A stretch of DNA of 64,000 bases. It comes from the human T2T-CHM13v2.0 reference genome, Homo sapiens. The stretch lies in NCBI RefSeq assembly GCF_009914755.1, contig NC_060930.1; one strand, 5' to 3'. Within the stretch, counting starts at the first letter, position 1, and each line of letters begins with the position of its first letter. This document shows positions 58,310 through 64,000 of the stretch, in pieces. The notes beneath the pieces were generated by a model, which searched no databases, was not told the origin of the DNA, and saw only the letters and a program-made list of their open reading frames with translations. Made by a program: the position numbers and the translations under genes.

Positions 58310-58786
58310 ATTTCTAATTGTGTTTATTTGATCTTCTCTCTATTCTTTATTAGCCTAGCTAGTGGCCTACTTTATTAATTTTTCCAAAAAACCACCTCCT
58401 AGATTCATTGATCTTTTGAACGGTTTTCTCTTTGTAGGTCTCTAAGAACTTGCTTTATGAATCTGGGTGCTCCTGTGTTGGGTGCAGATATATTTAGGAT
58501 AGTTAGACCTTCTTGTTGAATTGAAGCCTTTACCATTATGTAATGCCCTTCTTTGTCTTTTTCTCCCCTTTCTTGGTTTGAAATATGTTTTGTCTGAAAT
58601 TAGGGTTGCAATCCATGCTTCTTTTTCTGTTTTCCATTTGCTTGGTAGATTTTCCTCCATCCTTTTATTTTAAGCCTATGAGTGTCATTATGTGTGAGAT
58701 GGCTCTCTTAAAGACAGCATACCATTGGGTCTTGCTTTTTTATCCAGCTTGCCACTCTGTGCCTTTTAAGTGGGGCATTTAGCCCA
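58310..58786 (-). mobile_element. L1P ORF2 endonuclease-region fragment with an internal deletion (~58428)
   Basis: ttgctttatgaatctgggtgctcctgtgttgggtgca...tgtaatgcccttctttgtc...ggggcatttagccca. Confidence 0.88.
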
Positions 58787-58887
58787 ATAACTTGATTTTC
58801 ATGAAAGAGGTTAATGGTGTGTGTGTGCGTGCACACATGTGCCTGTGCACATGCTCACTTTCAGTAATTCAAAGAAGTATCCTATAT

Positions 58888-59115
58888 CAGAGGTCTTCAA
58901 ACTGTGACCTGAGGGCAAGGCCAAATTCAGTCTGCCAATTGTTTGCTTGTTGTAAATAAAGTTATATTAAACAGTCATGTCCATTTGTTAATGTATTTTC
59001 TATGGCTGCATTCACATTACAAAGGCAGAGTTGAACAGTCTCACAAATTGCATATCCCCCAAAGATGACAATATTTACTATCTGACTCCTGAGAGCAATT
59101 CTGCTAATGCTTGCT
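58888..59115. mobile_element. MER58A
   Basis: ggccaaattcagtctgcc...gtaaataaagttatatt...tatggctgcattcacattacaaaggcagagttg. Confidence 0.75.
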
Positions 59116-60879
59116 TTAAATTTTGATTTGGTATCATTTTTAAAATCTCATTAAATTTTTAACAGACTATTTAATCAATTAATTTGTAGTTGAGCCCAAG
59201 ATAAGAGTTGATTCTTGAGTTAACTGGTACCTAACATTTCACTCACAGTGCCATTCCTTTGGCTAAATGTATTGTTCTTTGTTAAAATGTAAGCTCCCAG
59301 ACAAAGGTATGACACACAGTAATTTCTGAGTTATAGTAATTGGGAAACAGATAATTTCCAAAGAGTAGGTTTTTTAAGGTGATAGGAATAAGAGGATATG
59401 AGGAACTGGACTCTTTGAGACTGAGGAAGATACATCAAGCAAAAAGGTAAAGGGATATAAAGGGGATGTTAAGGAGAGAGAAGACTAAGCTTCTATTTTG
59501 TAAATTAGTGAAGGTCTGGACCAACACAAATCAAAGAAAGTACAGGTCAGGTAATACCATTTGAAGGTCTGATCACGTTTCTTTGCAGCATCTTAGAGTG
59601 TATCACAATATAGCACCTTATTTCCATCAAAAACACCATGTGCTAAGCCATGAGGAGACTGGGATGTTGAAAGCCATTTGCAGGTAAAGTGGTGCTGAAA
59701 GCATTTCCGATCTGTTGTAATGGCTCTGATCACCATTGCTGCTCCCTAGCCCACTTTCGATTTTTCTACCTTTATTCTCACCTGTAGAAGAGCAAAGAAG
59801 AAGGGACTTGAAGGATGTGGGAGAAGACATTGGGGTACTCATGAGAGCGATGGGACATGGTTTGGGGTGTCTGTGGCCACCATAAGGCAAAGTTTTGGGT
59901 TCTGAAACCTGGGGTGGAACAATGTTCCCTGGCTCCCTGGGCCAGTGCTAATGACCAATAGCACCATGAAACTTGCATACCAGAAACATACTCCAAGCAT
60001 CCTAATTTGGTCTACACTTGCCCCATCTCTACTTGAGCTTAAATCTTTATCTTAAAATGAGGATTATCTCTGTCTCTCTCTTCCCATTTCTTGGATGTAT
60101 TGATTCACAGTGAACTCTGACAGCCAATGGAGCTCACATTTTGTTTAGACATTATACTGTGATGTATATGGCCCCAGTGTCTGTGGCCAACCATCCTCTC
60201 TGCCATGCAGAATTTGGTTGCTGAGGCCACTAGGGGATACTCTAAATCCAGGGAGCCATCTGGTTCTGAGGAAGAAGGGCTGGGAACTAGGCCTGAGCTA
60301 CCAGCGTGGGGACTTTTCCTTTCCTTTCTGCATCATCTTCTCTTCTTATTATGAGGGTTTTGTGCTAGAGAGCAGGACCCCAGCCTTAATAGGCTCCCTG
60401 GCTCTGCTGTTTGCTTTGCCTCTAAAGGGGTCCTCAGCCTGGGAGTGCACAGAGACTTTTCCTGGGGTGGATGTGGCTGCAGAGGAGGGTGAGGCTTCAG
60501 CAGTAGGAGCTGCTGAAGGGGCAATGAATTGTCTCAAAGGGTCCATCAGGACAGAAGAGAAATGGTCCCAGAGGGAAGCCATTTGGTTGGATAAAGTGTG
60601 CTATTCCTGGGTGGCATCACTGGGGGAAGGGAGTAGGGGCAAGTGGCCACGGGGAGGGAGGACTCTGGACAGCCAGGCCTTGCCTGGGAAACTGCCAATC
60701 CCGGCAACTCAATCCACCCCTTCTACACAGTTTGTCATCCTCTAGATTCTGTGCCGTAGGAGCATCAGGGAAGTGAACTTGGAATGAAGGTGGCAGGGCT
60801 GCAGTCTCGCACAACTCCACAAAGCTCTGCTTACAGAGAATACAACATACAAGGTACCTCTTATATGTTCTCAAGTCAT

Positions 60880-61575
<696 letters not shown>

Positions 61576-62284
61576 GTTGATGAATGCATCTTTTAATTAC
61601 AGCCCTCAAGTGTGCAGAGGAGGTGGGGATCACAGTGAGCTCACCTCCTCAGATCACTTCTCTGTTTAACCATCGCTGGCTGCCTCTCGTCTATACAGTC
61701 CTGACCCCTGAGCATGCAGCTCTTCATGAATGGCCTTATGCCCTCAAGCCCTGTGCTGCCCCTTTCCCTTCCCTCCCACCACTGTTTCTGCTTCCTTTAA
61801 CACCAGCTAGTCCAACTGTGTCCAACCACGCTGATGTACTTGACATTTCCAATCAACACTGTTTACTTTCAACACCCAGGTGAGAGGCTTCTCTAAGAAC
61901 CCCTTCCCCAATTCTTCTGAGCCCTTGGGAAAAGTAAGCCACTTCCTTTAGTGTGATACTTCCTCTGCGTGACTCAGGCACTTTATACAGGCTTCTATTA
62001 TAGCACTTACTGTATTGTTCATAGTTAACTTCTCCATTGCACTAGGAGGTCCCTAGAAGGCAGAGCCCTTAAACTTTTCAATTTTGTATTCCTAGCACAT
62101 AGCATAATGGACAACTCACAGGCGGTACAGAACAACTACTTGGAAATTAATGACATTTTATGGGTCTAACTTGTTTTGGAATGGGTTTTCCTTAGGGGCA
62201 ATCATACACACGCTGAAGCGGCTACAAGTGTTCCTTCTCAATCTCACAGTTTCAAATGTGAATTACTAACTAGCGAGGATGGAG

Positions 62285-63170
62285 TCCAATGATTTTCAAC
62301 CTTGTCTGCTCATTGGGCTCACCTGCAGAGCTTTTAAAACTCCCAACATGCAGGCCATAGCACACAACAATGAAATCAGAATCTCTGTTGGTGGGATGCA
62401 GGCATTTGTGTTTTAAAAAACTCCCCAGGTGATTCTAATATACAATTAAGCCTGAGAACCACTAGTTTGAGTGTTCCTAGGTAGTTAATTTAAAAAACCT
62501 TTTCCTGTATGCTCACTATGTAGTAAACACTGCGTTAGGCATTTGGAGGGGAGGTGGGGTGGGAAGGTAGTATTTGGCCCAGAAAGAGGAAGAGCCTCAG
62601 AATTTCTATATTAGACATAGTGCTTGCTTTTAGGAAACTGCAGTCCTTACAGCCTCCATGAGCAATAGCAAATGGTGATGGTATCTAAATTGTATGGTTT
62701 AAATCAAGGTTTCCCAACAGTGGTATTTTGGGTTAGATAATTCTTGATTGTGGGAGGCTGTCCTTGGCATTGTAGGATGTTTTGAAGCATCTCTGGCCCC
62801 TACCCACTAGATGCCAGTAACAAGCAAAAGCACTCCTCACTTCCTACTGCCACAGTATATAACAACCAAAAATGTCCAACATGTCCAAATGTTCCCTGGG
62901 AGTAAAGTCATCCTTTGTTGAAAACCATTGATATAGAGCTCAGTGTAGCATCCTTTGCAAGACCCCCAGGTGATCTGTATGCACATTAAAGTCTGAGAAA
63001 CACGCACTGGTTTAAAGCAGTGATTCCCGAAGTGTGGCCCGTGAGCAGCATCAGCATCATCTGGGAACTTGTTGGAAATACATCCTCAGTCCCCACCCCA
63101 GACCTACTGAAACCAAAACTTTGCTTCGGTAAGTCCTTTGGGTGATTCTCACACTTAGGTTTCAGGGCCA
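62285..63170. mobile_element. MER5A (62285-62465), MER20 (62705-62930) and MER5 pieces (62960-63170)
   Basis: aaatcagaatctctg...ccccaggtgattctaat; tgtaggatgtttt...cccactagatgccagta; cagcagcatcagcatcatctgggaacttgtt. Confidence 0.75.
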
Positions 63171-63607
63171 CTAACTAAAGGGGAAAAGGAGATTGGATGC
63201 ACTGGAGCAATCAAAAAAGTCTTAGGAATAGAGCTTGATTTGGGCCTTGAAATTGAATAGGCGGTGGGGAGGGTATTCCAGGTGCAGAGAACAGCATGAG
63301 AGAGGATTTTCAGATGTAAATTAGCCCACACTCTTAAACTGCCAAGCCCCTCTTTTTCTCCTTTTCCCCTTAACTTCCTCAATCTGTTTGTTTTCTTGTG
63401 TTTTGGATAGAAAACGGTCTCCTCTGCAATTTATACTCCATGATGTGTTCATCAGCTTGCTCAAGTAATTCTTTGAGAATCTCAACAAAATGATCACTTG
63501 CAAAAACACAGGAGTGTGTTTTTGAAAAGTTGTGAATAATCAAATTTACCATCAGACATATGTACAAATCAGTACATATTTACAAATGTATTTCTCATTT
63601 ACAAGGA

Positions 63608-63990
63608 TTTTATATTGCAAACCATTTTTATAAAGTTAATAGCAATCCCCCAAGGGATATTTTTGGTGACTATAAATACAGATGTTTCTATCAAAAAATC
63701 TAGCATCCCAAATCTACCCTCAAATCTGCAACTAGAATGATATTTCTAACCCAGAAAATCTGATTCCTTTGTTTCCATGTTCAAAGCCTTTCAACGTCTC
63801 TCCATTGCCCCTATACAAAATGCAAACTGCTTACCATTTTTCACATGATTTTTTACCACCTGGATCCTATATATTTCTCATCTATAGACTATGGGCAAAA
63901 AAAATCTACAATAAACAAAATATCAAAAAATTAGGTGAAGACAGGCTGCTGTTATTTGTTTTATGACCCTGGGTTATTGTGGAACAGGAA
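63608..63990 (+). repeat. Local duplication, copy 2 (empty Alu site)
   Basis: Shared blocks e.g. ccccaagggatattt, tataaatacagatgtttctat, catcccaaatctac, accacctggatccta, tttatgaccctgggttattg. Confidence 0.9.
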
Positions 63991-64000
63991 TTCCAATCGG

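Noticed and set aside
60218-60745. 175-aa ORF
   Set aside because: Non-ATG start, no recognisable domain or exon structure; expected by chance in GC-richer DNA

Overview
Human-like (primate) genomic DNA, largely intronic and repeat-rich (about 25 Alu/FLAM copies plus L1, L2, L3/CR1, MIR, MaLR/ERV LTRs and hAT DNA transposons). The only convincing coding exon is a minus-strand first exon (CDS 1125->1065, MQFFDAEELLVDEEDDVFGE+G, followed by a GT donor). I recognise it from memory as an alternative N-terminus of RIPOR2/FAM65B (6p22.3). If that is right, the rest of the window is upstream of that promoter and probably inside intron 1 of a longer RIPOR2 isoform. There are two pseudogenes: an old MT-CO2 NUMT (~13.1-13.6 kb) and a young PPIA retrocopy (41.6-42.4 kb) carrying an extra 67-nt cassette. 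I found no new multi-gene system. The best leads are (1) the 20-aa exon packs near-canonical short linear motifs (FFAT-like QFFDAEE, acidic dileucine, RSK-docking DDVF); (2) the cassette-containing PPIA retrocopy; (3) a NUMT preserving pre-catarrhine COX2 residues; (4) several DNA-repair or duplication scars; and (5) an unexplained ~1.9-kb stretch at 55.3-57.2 kb. Gene names and repeat subfamilies are from recall, not database searches, and repeat edges are approximate.
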